The notes beneath the pieces are model-generated. The model did not search any database and was not told where the DNA came from. It saw only the letters and a program-made list of their open reading frames with translations. From NCBI GenBank assembly GCA_037917625.1, contig JAVCBY010000064.1:1-14181 (forward strand): a DNA stretch of 14,181 nt, given 5' to 3'. This DNA comes from Thermoproteota archaeon (GTDB taxonomy: Archaea > Korarchaeota > Korarchaeia > Korarchaeales > Korarchaeaceae). The position numbers were made by a program, and so were the translations under genes. Position 1 is the first letter of the stretch. Each line of letters begins with the position of its first letter. Of this stretch, positions 1 through 7,643 are shown piece after piece.

Positions 1-324
1 GGAGGGCAGAAGCAGAGAGTAGCTATAGCGAGAGCTCTAGCTATGGATCCCGTATTGATGCTTTACGATGAGCCCACATCAGCTTTAGATCCCCAGCTAT
101 CTATGGAAGTGCTCAGCGTGATGAAAGAGCTATCGAGGAGGGGGATGACTAGCTTAGTAGTGACTCACGAGCTCAATTTCGCTATAGAAGCAGCTAACAG
201 TATAGCTGTGATGTACGATGGAAGGATAGTGGAAGAGGGGAGCCCTGAAGAGGTAATCAGGAACCCTAAGACAGCTGAAGCTAGAGCTATATTCAATGGG
301 AGATCGAATTATGTTCTGGTATGA
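1..324 (+). CDS. Polar amino-acid ABC transporter ATP-binding subunit (GlnQ/HisP-like), 5'-truncated by the window edge
   Basis: Frame 1 is open from base 1 and reads GGQKQRVAIARALAMDP (end of ABC signature), MLYDEPTSALDP (Walker B and D-loop) and VVTHE (H-switch). It overlaps the downstream permease. Confidence 0.93.
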   Translation, partial: GGQKQRVAIARALAMDPVLMLYDEPTSALDPQLSMEVLSVMKELSRRGMTSLVVTHELNFAIEAANSIAVMYDGRIVEEGSPEEVIRNPKTAEARAIFNGRSNYVLV

Positions 325-949
325 TCTCGCATCCTCCTTGCTGATCGGGATCATCAACACCTTAGAGCTATTGCTCATCTCCGCCCCTTTAGGAGCGGGG
401 CTAGGAATAATAATAGGGATCCTCAGCTCCAGGAAAGGATTCTTAAGCATTCTAGCTAGGGCATTCTCATCTATCTTCAGGGGTTTCCCCCTATTAGTCA
501 CCTTATTCATAGTTTTCTTCGGCCTAGCGGACTTCGGTATCTATTTGAGCCCCACAGCTTCAGCTATTATATCCTTCATCCTCTGCAGTAGCGCTTACAT
601 ATCTGAGTACGTCAGAGGAGCTATATTATCGATAGATGAGGGGCAGAGCCTAGCGGCGAAAGCTATAGGGATGAATGAGACTCAGGAATTCCTCCATATA
701 ATAGTACCTCAAGCGATAAGGAGAGCTCTCCCCAGCATATCCAATGAGATAGTTTACATGATCCAGTACTCATCTCTAGCATTCGCTATAGGTGTCCAAG
801 AAGTGTACAGTGTCGCTAAGAGCTTTAACTCACTTTACTTCAGGCCCTTAGAGATATTCTCAACATTAGCCATTATATACCTCTCTATGACAGCTCTCGT
901 GACCCTATTATTTAAGAAGTTAATGGAGAGGCTCCGAATACCAGATTAA
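311..949 (+). CDS. Polar amino-acid ABC transporter permease (HisM/GlnP family)
   Basis: Hydrophobic protein with FRGFPLLV and the EAA-loop region SAYISEYVRGAILSIDEGQSLAAKAIGM...IIVPQA. The ORF opens at ATG 296, but ATG 311 follows GGGAGA and may be the real start. Confidence 0.92.
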   Translation: MFWYDLASSLLIGIINTLELLLISAPLGAGLGIIIGILSSRKGFLSILARAFSSIFRGFPLLVTLFIVFFGLADFGIYLSPTASAIISFILCSSAYISEYVRGAILSIDEGQSLAAKAIGMNETQEFLHIIVPQAIRRALPSISNEIVYMIQYSSLAFAIGVQEVYSVAKSFNSLYFRPLEIFSTLAIIYLSMTALVTLLFKKLMERLRIPD

Positions 950-2103
950 GCTTTTTTCAGGGCCCTAGATATCGATATGAGTATGAGAGCTGATATTACA
1001 GCCCCTAAAATAAAAGCTATCAACTCCGATGGGGTTCTCTCCTCCACGATCGTGACTGTCTCCTCCTGAGTCGCGTTCATCTTCTTGACTTCTGCTCTCT
1101 CGACCTCTGATGTCCTGTTCTCTCCAGCGATCTTAGCGGTCGTGGGAGGGGCTATGAATACTGAGTAAGTGAAGTTAGCTGATAAGCCATCTGATTGCTT
1201 CGCCACTATCCTTATCGTATATCTGCCCTCCTTCTCATACCTGTGAGTCCTCGGGAAGGGTCCCTCCTCGTAGCTCCCATCCCCCCAATCCCATGAGATT
1301 ATTAGGGATGCTTCAGGAGTCCCTGGAGAGGCCTCCCCGTTTATAGAGACGATCGTTCCATTAACATTTATACTGCTTATCCTTATGGATGGAGGTATCC
1401 TCTCGACGGGCTTGAGGATGGAGAAACTGCAGGAATCCAAGATTTTGTCCCCTTGGAGGAGCTTCAGCGTATAAGTTCCTTCCCTCAGGCCCTCTAATAG
1501 CAGGGTCTTAGTCTTGCCTCCCTCTAATCTCCCGGAGAAGAGAAGCTCTCCCCTCCCCTCAGGTCCATAGAGGAATAGTTGAACTTCGCTCGTCACGTTA
1601 ACTGAGAATAGGATCCTGATAGGGTTTCCAGCCGTTAAAATACCTCCATCTACTTGGAATCCTTTTCCTCCAGCCTCCGTCCAGACGTCCCCGCTTATGA
1701 AAGATGTGATCACGTGGATCGTGCAGTAGTCCAAGACATTTCCGCTGTAGGCTCCGATCAGTTTTATTACCCTCATCCCCGGATCCACGAATAGTTGATA
1801 GAACCTGTAAGTGATTCCCGGGAAGACTTGAGAGCTCTTCATCACCTCCACTTCGCTGCCATCCGGTCTGACGATCACTATCCTCAGGTAAGTGGGGGAG
1901 CTCACCTTGAAGAAGAAAGTCACGTTCTCCCCGACCTTAGCATAACCGCAAGTAGCGTTAGGGCCCTCTCCACCCCTATCCGACCATATATCCGCTGGAT
2001 TCGTCTGAATAGAACTCATCCCTTCCTGAGCGATATTGTAAGCTGAGAGAGTCTGAAAGGCGAGCAGTAATAGAGCGAGTAAGGGCAACGATTTTTTCAT
2101 CAT
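946..2103 (-). CDS. Secreted, C-terminally membrane-anchored surface protein with two repeated Ig-like (DUF4384-like) modules and a PKD domain
   Basis: Signal peptide MMKKSLPLLALLLLAFQTLSA. Two repeats begin DIWSDRGGEG and DVWTEAGGKG. PKD motif WDWGDG...HRYEKEGRYTI. A T/E-rich linker precedes a C-terminal hydrophobic helix with a basic tail. The stop shares TTAA (946-949) with the convergent permease. Confidence 0.8.
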   Translation of the reverse strand: MMKKSLPLLALLLLAFQTLSAYNIAQEGMSSIQTNPADIWSDRGGEGPNATCGYAKVGENVTFFFKVSSPTYLRIVIVRPDGSEVEVMKSSQVFPGITYRFYQLFVDPGMRVIKLIGAYSGNVLDYCTIHVITSFISGDVWTEAGGKGFQVDGGILTAGNPIRILFSVNVTSEVQLFLYGPEGRGELLFSGRLEGGKTKTLLLEGLREGTYTLKLLQGDKILDSCSFSILKPVERIPPSIRISSINVNGTIVSINGEASPGTPEASLIISWDWGDGSYEEGPFPRTHRYEKEGRYTIRIVAKQSDGLSANFTYSVFIAPPTTAKIAGENRTSEVERAEVKKMNATQEETVTIVEERTPSELIAFILGAVISALILISISRALKKA

Positions 2104-2220
2104 GGGAGATCGGTGCTCATGCTGATAAATGCAATACGACGATAAGCATATTTGATTTCGCTCAGAGTACTAAGTCATGGGGCGTGCGGAGGCCATCGCT
2201 TCGCTCACGAGCCTCGACCT

Positions 2221-2242
2221 CTAAATGAGTTGGTTCATTTAG
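2221..2242. other. Perfect 8-bp inverted repeat (possible terminator hairpin or operator)
   Basis: CTAAATGA (2221-2228), 6 nt, TCATTTAG (2235-2242), next to a T-rich tract on + and just downstream of the creatininase-family gene. Confidence 0.35.
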
Positions 2243-2270
2243 CTTCTTATTAATTTTTGTTAAGGCCTGA

Positions 2271-3029
2271 TTATTTAATACTTTGAAGCAATTGGACTAA
2301 TCTATCAACTAAATGCTCATGATATACCTTCCCTTTGCCCGGATCTGACCTCTTAGGCGTCCCTATTATAGTATCCCCAGTTAACTCCTTTATCTCCATC
2401 ATCCTCTCCTCAGTGCTCGGGATGTAGCAAAGCGTATCCTTAGGCTCTATGGGGTCAGCATATACTTCTCTCTCAGGGACGTAATCCTTAGCTTCCTCTA
2501 TCCTCACTAACTCGGGGAATTTGTGCATGAGGTGAGAGGTTTCCATATCATCCCCATGACCGAATGGCCCGAAATCTACCCTTTTCCTCAAATCGAGGCT
2601 CATATAGAGGGGATCGAATATGAAGACGCTCACCTTAAGCTCCCTCTGGGCTCTCTCAGATGCTATCTGAATCCACGGGAGGTTAGCTAATCTATGGCCA
2701 TTTATCAAGACGAACTTCCCGAAGCCGTGTTTAGAGAGTGATCTGATCACATCGTAGAGTAGCTCTATGAGTACCTCGGGCCTCACGCTCACGGTACCCG
2801 GAGCGACCATGTGATGAGGGCTCCATCCGTACCAGATGGGAGGGGCTATTAGCACTCCAGTCCTCTCGCTAGCGTCCTCAGCTAGAGCTATAGCGAGGAG
2901 AGAGTCAGTTCCCAGGGGCGCATGCCTACCATGTTGCTCAGTGCTGCCCAAGGGTATCATGATCCTATCGTCTCCCCTCAAGTACTCCTCGACATCGGGC
3001 CACCTCATCTCATGCAACCATCTAGCCAA
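2271..3029 (-). CDS. Creatininase-family amidohydrolase (creatinine amidohydrolase / ArfB-like fold); substrate unknown
   Basis: Metal-binding motif PLGSTEQHGRHAPLGTD, plus YGWSPHHMVAPGT, INGH and GHGDDMETS. The ORF opens at GTG 3041, but TTG 3029 is preceded by SD GGGTGA and is the preferred start. Confidence 0.9.
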   Translation of the reverse strand: MARWLHEMRWPDVEEYLRGDDRIMIPLGSTEQHGRHAPLGTDSLLAIALAEDASERTGVLIAPPIWYGWSPHHMVAPGTVSVRPEVLIELLYDVIRSLSKHGFGKFVLINGHRLANLPWIQIASERAQRELKVSVFIFDPLYMSLDLRKRVDFGPFGHGDDMETSHLMHKFPELVRIEEAKDYVPEREVYADPIEPKDTLCYIPSTEERMMEIKELTGDTIIGTPKRSDPGKGKVYHEHLVDRLVQLLQSIK

Positions 3030-3347
3030 GCTATCACCCACTCACGAGGAAAGTTTCCTTGAAAAAGCTGAAGTTGAGAAATTTCACATAACTGATTGCC
3101 CCAAATAGCTCAATTCAATTATGAGGCCGAGTGACTCGGGCTGCTCCCGTTATTGTAAGAAATTTGAGCGGCCCGAGGGCCCTTTAGGTACTTCCTCCAC
3201 GTCTAAGGGAATCATAGATCCAACCTCTTATAACTCTTCCTTTTCCTGCTATATCCCCTCCTCGGACAAAATACTCACATTGTCGCCTCAATATTCTAAT
3301 TTTTCAGTGATGTCCCGTTGCGAATGTTGTTCAGTGGGCACATATTA

Positions 3348-3379
3348 TTTTAAGTAACCCTCATGAAGTGGCGCGGTGA
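3348..3379 (+). promoter_or_regulatory. Putative archaeal TATA box (TTTTAAGTAA, 3348-3357) and SD (GGTGA, 3375-3379) for the ECF genes
   Basis: AT-rich box 27 nt before ATG 3385. The identical 10-mer lies at similar spacing upstream of acr3. Confidence 0.5.
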
Positions 3380-3384
3380 ACGCC

Positions 3385-3939
3385 ATGAGCAAGCAGTTCT
3401 CGACCACTGGTATAGTGGCGATGGCAATAGGGACAGCCTTATACGCGGCATTTAACGTCTTCTTCAACGTATTACAGCTTCCAGGCACTCAATTAGTTGC
3501 CCTGAGGCCGAGCGTAGCTATTCCAATGTTCTTCGGTTATGTCTTCGGCCCAGCAGTGGGCTTCGTATCCGGGTTCCTGGGGAATGTGATAAGCGATGCT
3601 ATAAGTTGGGGAGGCTTCTGGTGGAACTGGGATGTTGGGAACGGTTTGCTCGGGCTCATCCCCGGACTCGCATATTACTTCGTCTCCAAGGAGGATATAT
3701 TCAGGAGGAAGGGATATATTGCGTGCATATTACTCTCCATAATAGGATCGATCGTTGGGATGGGGTTCGCAGCTTACACCGATTATATATTCGGGTACGG
3801 GATCTCAACGATAGAGGAAGCTACTTATGCTCTCTTCCTGCCTGCTGCTGTAACTGACGCGATAAATGGAGCTATAATAACGCCCATACTAGTAGCGGCT
3901 TATGCATCAGCCGTTAAGGGGAGGGCAAGGAGAGTCTGA
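3385..3939 (+). CDS. ECF transporter substrate-specific S component (UPF0397/MtsT-like)
   Basis: About 185 aa with 5-6 hydrophobic helices and the motif FGYVFGPAVGFVSGFLGNVISDAISWGGFWWNW typical of S components. Its stop (3937-3939) abuts the start of EcfT. Confidence 0.88.
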   Translation: MSKQFSTTGIVAMAIGTALYAAFNVFFNVLQLPGTQLVALRPSVAIPMFFGYVFGPAVGFVSGFLGNVISDAISWGGFWWNWDVGNGLLGLIPGLAYYFVSKEDIFRRKGYIACILLSIIGSIVGMGFAAYTDYIFGYGISTIEEATYALFLPAAVTDAINGAIITPILVAAYASAVKGRARRV

Positions 3940-4719
3940 ATGTCCACGAGATTCATAAAGTACATAGAGGGGGAGAGCTCGATCCACAAGCTGGATCCCA
4001 GGGCCAAGCTCACCTTCATCTTTTTTCTCGTGATAAGCTTGAGCTTAGCTTACAGTATATCCCTAGTGATACCCCTCTTATTGATATCATTAGCTTTTTA
4101 CTCCCTCGCGAAACTCCCTTGGAGCAAGACTAAAGCTACGTGGAAGTTCATCCTCCTGATAATAATATTCCTCTCCCTCTTGAATTACACAACTATAGTG
4201 CTGCTGTACGCTGAGGGCCCCCTAATTGAGACCCTCACCTCTCCTGAGGTAGTGAAGAGGGCCGTGACTCCCGTGCTTAAGCTCCTCTCCCTGGCTCTAG
4301 CTACCGCAACTTTAGTATTCACTACGCCGCCTAACCTGTACGCTCCAGCTTTAGGGCAGATGGGGATACCTTACAGAGCTGCTTATGTAATACAACTAGC
4401 CCTTAGGTACATACCGGAATTCATAGCTGAGATGAACAAGACGCTCGAAGCCCAGATGGCTAGAGGCTTCAGGCCGAGGGGTGGGAGGAACCCTATAGCT
4501 AAGTTACTCTCAATAATACCGCTCGTAGTCCCTGTCACGATATCAGCGACGCTCTCAATATATGATATAGCTGACTCCATGGAGCTCAGGGGCTTCGGGG
4601 AGGGGAGGTGCCACACATGGTACAGAGAGCTCAAGTTGACGAGTAAGGATAAGCTGCTATTAGCAATATCGTACCTAATAGGGGCTATATACATAGCTCT
4701 CTTCATAATGACCCGCTGA
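3940..4719 (+). CDS. ecfT: ECF transporter transmembrane T component (EcfT/CbiQ family)
   Basis: IHKLDPRAK N-terminal motif, LALRYIP, and both X-R-X coupling motifs (EAQMARG and SMELRGF). Confidence 0.92.
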   Translation: MSTRFIKYIEGESSIHKLDPRAKLTFIFFLVISLSLAYSISLVIPLLLISLAFYSLAKLPWSKTKATWKFILLIIIFLSLLNYTTIVLLYAEGPLIETLTSPEVVKRAVTPVLKLLSLALATATLVFTTPPNLYAPALGQMGIPYRAAYVIQLALRYIPEFIAEMNKTLEAQMARGFRPRGGRNPIAKLLSIIPLVVPVTISATLSIYDIADSMELRGFGEGRCHTWYRELKLTSKDKLLLAISYLIGAIYIALFIMTR

Positions 4720-4746
4720 ATAGTGAAGCTTATGATAAGAAGTGGA

Positions 4747-5796
4747 TCAAGAAATTAATTTAATCTTATATAACTTCTCCCTGAACCTTAGAGCCGCATT
4801 CACGAGACTTATGAGCACAGGTACCTCTATCAGCGGCCCTATGACCGTCGCGAAAGCTTGATCGCTATTTATTCCCCATATTGCTATTGCCACAGCTATC
4901 GCTAGTTCAAAATCGTTACTAGCTGCTGTGAAGGAGACTGCTGTCGCTTTAGTATAATCTATTCCCAGCTTGTAAGCTATGAAGAACGTTAGGAACCACA
5001 TTATCATGAAGTAGAGGGCTAGGGGCAATGCCACCCTCAGCACGTTGTAGGGCAGCTCCACTATGTACTCTCCCTTCAAGGAGAACATCACCACTATAGT
5101 GAGGAGGAGCGCTGCTGGAGTTATCAGGCTTATCTTAGGAGCTAAATATTTTTCGAACCAATCCCTCCCCTTCAACGTGAAGCTGAGGTATCTAGTCAAT
5201 ATACCTGCTATGAATGGTATTCCTAGGTAGATGAAGACGGTCTTAGCTGCATCCAGAATGCTGACGTTTACCTCAACCCCCTGAGCTAGACCTAAGCCCG
5301 TTAAAGCTAGAGTTATGAAGATATATATGTAGACAGCGTAAAATAGTATCTGGAAGATCGCATTAAAAGCAACGAGCCCTACCGCGAGCTCCCTATCCCC
5401 TTCAGCTAATTCATTCCAAACTATCACCATCGCGATGCACCTAGCTAGGCCTACGAGTATTACCCCCATCATGAAGGCTGGGAGGTCGCGGAGAAGTGTT
5501 ATCGCCAGTAGAAACATGATTATAGGACCAAAAATCCAATTTTGGGCTAAAGAAAACGATAATAACTTTAAATTTTTGAAAATTTTCCCCATCTCCTCAT
5601 ACCTGACTTTAGCTAGCGGTGGGTACATCATCGAGATTAGCCCTAATGCTATAGGGATCGAAGTCGTGCCTATACTCATACCGGCCAGCCTAATCGAAAT
5701 CCCTGGGTAGAAGTAACCCAAGGCGATGCCAAAAATCATCGCTAGGAAGATCCAGATCGTGAGGTACTTCTCAATCAAGCTGAGCTTTCTCTTCAC
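4747..5796 (-). CDS. acr3: ACR3-family arsenite efflux transporter
   Basis: MMYPPLAKVRY, the GLARCIAMVIVWN catalytic-Cys motif, ASNDFELAIAVA and ATVIGPLIEVPVL. The GTG start is preceded by SD GGTGA. Confidence 0.95.
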   Translation of the reverse strand: MKRKLSLIEKYLTIWIFLAMIFGIALGYFYPGISIRLAGMSIGTTSIPIALGLISMMYPPLAKVRYEEMGKIFKNLKLLSFSLAQNWIFGPIIMFLLAITLLRDLPAFMMGVILVGLARCIAMVIVWNELAEGDRELAVGLVAFNAIFQILFYAVYIYIFITLALTGLGLAQGVEVNVSILDAAKTVFIYLGIPFIAGILTRYLSFTLKGRDWFEKYLAPKISLITPAALLLTIVVMFSLKGEYIVELPYNVLRVALPLALYFMIMWFLTFFIAYKLGIDYTKATAVSFTAASNDFELAIAVAIAIWGINSDQAFATVIGPLIEVPVLISLVNAALRFREKLYKIKLIS

Positions 5797-5825
5797 CTGG
5801 TCACCGGCGGCATGGCCGCAAAACT

Positions 5826-5873
5826 TTACTTAAAAATTTTTCCTTCGTATCGCGGGGTTCGTGTTTTTAATAA
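5826..5873. promoter_or_regulatory. Divergent TATA boxes for acr3 (minus, 5826-5835) and the UPF0282 gene (plus, 5864-5873)
   Basis: TTTTAAGTAA on minus lies 29 nt before GTG 5796. TTTTTAATAA on plus lies 22 nt before ATG 5896, implying a leaderless mRNA. Confidence 0.5.
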
Positions 5874-5895
5874 GCTTACCTGGGGAATCGAGACG

Positions 5896-6792
5896 ATGAG
5901 GATCCTCCCCCTGAGCTCCGATTCTATGGGAGCGAGGAGCATGGCTACATTAGTGGAGACTAAGGACCTCAGGATAATGATAGATCCAGGCGTAGCATTA
6001 GGGCCGAGTAGATATGGGCTCCCACCTCATCCCAAGGAGTGGGAGAGGATGGAAGCTCATTGGAGGGAGATAGTGAGGCAAGCTAGTAGGGCAGATCTCT
6101 TAATCGTAACGCATTACCATTATGATCACCACAACCCTTGGGAGGGGCTCGAGATATATGAGGGCAAGATCGTATTTGTGAAGGACCCTAAGAGGAACAT
6201 AAATCAGAGCCAGAGGGGTAGAGCATCCTTCTTCCTGAAGCAAATTGAGGGGAGAGCTAGCGTTGAGATAGCTGATGGGAGATCCTTCAAGGAGGGTGAT
6301 ACCATCATAGAGTTCTCTAAGCCCGTGTTTCACGGTACCAACAGTAAGCTCGGTTATGTGATCGAGGTCTTCATAAGGGAGGGGGAGGATAGCTTCTTAT
6401 TCACGAGCGATGTCGAGGGGCCATCTCTGGATGATCAAACTCAATTCGTATTGGAGAGGAAGCCTAAGGTAGCTATGGTGGATGGCCCAATGACTTACAT
6501 GCTGGGCTACAGGTACTCTAGAGCTAGCTTGGATGCTTCCATCAGGAACCTCTCCTCCATATTAGATGCGGTGGAGACGCTAGTCATAGATCATCACCTC
6601 CTCAGGGATCTGGAGTGGAGCAAGAAGATTGAGAGCGTGCTTAATAAGGGAAGGGAGGCTAAGAAAAAAGTGATTACATCAAATGAACTCATTGATAAGC
6701 CCCTGGAGATGCTTGAAGCTAGGAGGAAGGAGCTTTACGAGCTATATCCTGTCGATGAATCTGAGATGAGGGAGTGGAAGTTCGAGGACTGA
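5896..6792 (+). CDS. UPF0282-family metallo-beta-lactamase-fold hydrolase (archaeal)
   Basis: N-terminus MRILPLSSDSMGARSMATLVET...IDPGVALGPSRYGLPPHP, metal motif THYHYDHH, VFHG, FTSDVEG and IDHHLLRD. The ORF-track start at 5812 runs through the promoter, so ATG 5896 matches the family start better. Confidence 0.85.
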   Translation: MRILPLSSDSMGARSMATLVETKDLRIMIDPGVALGPSRYGLPPHPKEWERMEAHWREIVRQASRADLLIVTHYHYDHHNPWEGLEIYEGKIVFVKDPKRNINQSQRGRASFFLKQIEGRASVEIADGRSFKEGDTIIEFSKPVFHGTNSKLGYVIEVFIREGEDSFLFTSDVEGPSLDDQTQFVLERKPKVAMVDGPMTYMLGYRYSRASLDASIRNLSSILDAVETLVIDHHLLRDLEWSKKIESVLNKGREAKKKVITSNELIDKPLEMLEARRKELYELYPVDESEMREWKFED

Positions 6793-6806
6793 CTTCTCAA
6801 CTAGAT

Positions 6807-7614
6807 TCATGGCTCAGCGAACTTGCCCAGTACTTCCCTTATGATCTTAGCTGCCGCGAAGCAAGTTATCCCTGAGTGATCGAACTCCGGATTTACTTCA
6901 ACTATATCGAAAGCAATTAAGTCGAGATCAAGCTTCTTTATCAATCTTATCAGCTCCCTAGTGCTCAAACCACCGAGCTCTGGGTTACTGGATCCCGGAG
7001 CGAACGCCGGGTCGAGGACGTCTATATCGAAGGATATGTGAGCTCTCCCCATACTGTCGATCTCATCTATCTCAATCAACTGAGAATATCTTCATTCCCT
7101 TTTCCCTAGCGAACTCCATCTGCTGCCTCGTCGCGGCCCTGATCCCTATCATCACGACATCCTTAACGTAACCCTCCTCCACGAGCCTCCTAACAGTGCA
7201 TGCGTGAGAGTATGGATTTCCATCATAAATTTCGTAACAATCTGGGTGAGCATCGAAGTATACTAACCCGAATTCCTGGCCTGAAGCTTTCCTCAATCCC
7301 CTGAATGTAGCATAAGTTATTGAGTGGTCTCCCCCTAGGAAGAGGAACTTCTGGCCCCTGTAAATGCTGCTTATCCTCCCCTCAACGGAGCTAACTATGT
7401 CCTCGAAGCTCTTCCCCTCAATATCACCCAGATCTAAGTAGCTCCAAGCCTCAGCTAAGTTCACCAAATCCTCACTGAAGCTATTATAAATCTCCTCCGA
7501 TATAGCTTCCCTTATCTAGGGGCTTTAGAGGAGCCCCTTCTGTAGGAAGATGATCCATCCCATCCCGAGGACGCAGAGCTTAGCTTCCTCTGATTCAGGG
7601 ATGCCGAATAGCAT
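6807..7614 (-). pseudogene. speB: Agmatinase / ureohydrolase gene broken by three frameshifts (or locally mis-assembled)
   Basis: Fragments join to MLFGIPESEEAKLCVLG / WDGSSSYRRGSSKAP / IREAISEEIYN...GGDHS...YFDAHPD...IFSVD / EIDEIDSMGRAHISFDIDVLDPAFAPG...VEVNP. Frame changes are at about 7563, 7516 and 7074. The Mn-ligand motifs are intact. Confidence 0.85.
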
Positions 7615-7643
7615 AAGCTAATGAGAGCTGAATATTAAAAAAA

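Noticed and set aside
154..510. 118-aa minus ORF, and similar shadow ORFs at 1795-2046, 2836-3108, 3606-3857, 4383-4706, 5435-5710, 6100-6333, 7738-7986, 8415-8798, 10106-10312, 11199-11465, 12876-13181 and 13813-14088
   Set aside because: They lie antisense to, or out of frame within, well-supported genes and have no recognisable motifs.
3183..3292. Purine-rich minus-strand stretch that reads like coding remnants (PRRGYSRKRKSYKRLDL, TWRKYLKG)
   Set aside because: It could be another eroded gene or an IS remnant, but I recognise no family and all frames are short.
3121..3357. 78-aa Ser/Cys-rich plus-strand ORF in the divergent intergenic region
   Set aside because: Atypical composition, no SD or family motif, and it runs through the hairpin and the ECF TATA box.
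5812..5895. 28-aa N-terminal extension of the UPF0282 ORF
   Set aside because: It overlaps both divergent TATA boxes, and family similarity starts at ATG 5896.
6807..7467. Two separate ORFs (131 aa and 90 aa) as independent genes or a programmed frameshift
   Set aside because: They are consecutive pieces of one agmatinase. There are three shifts and no slippery heptamer at the junctions, so recoding is unlikely.
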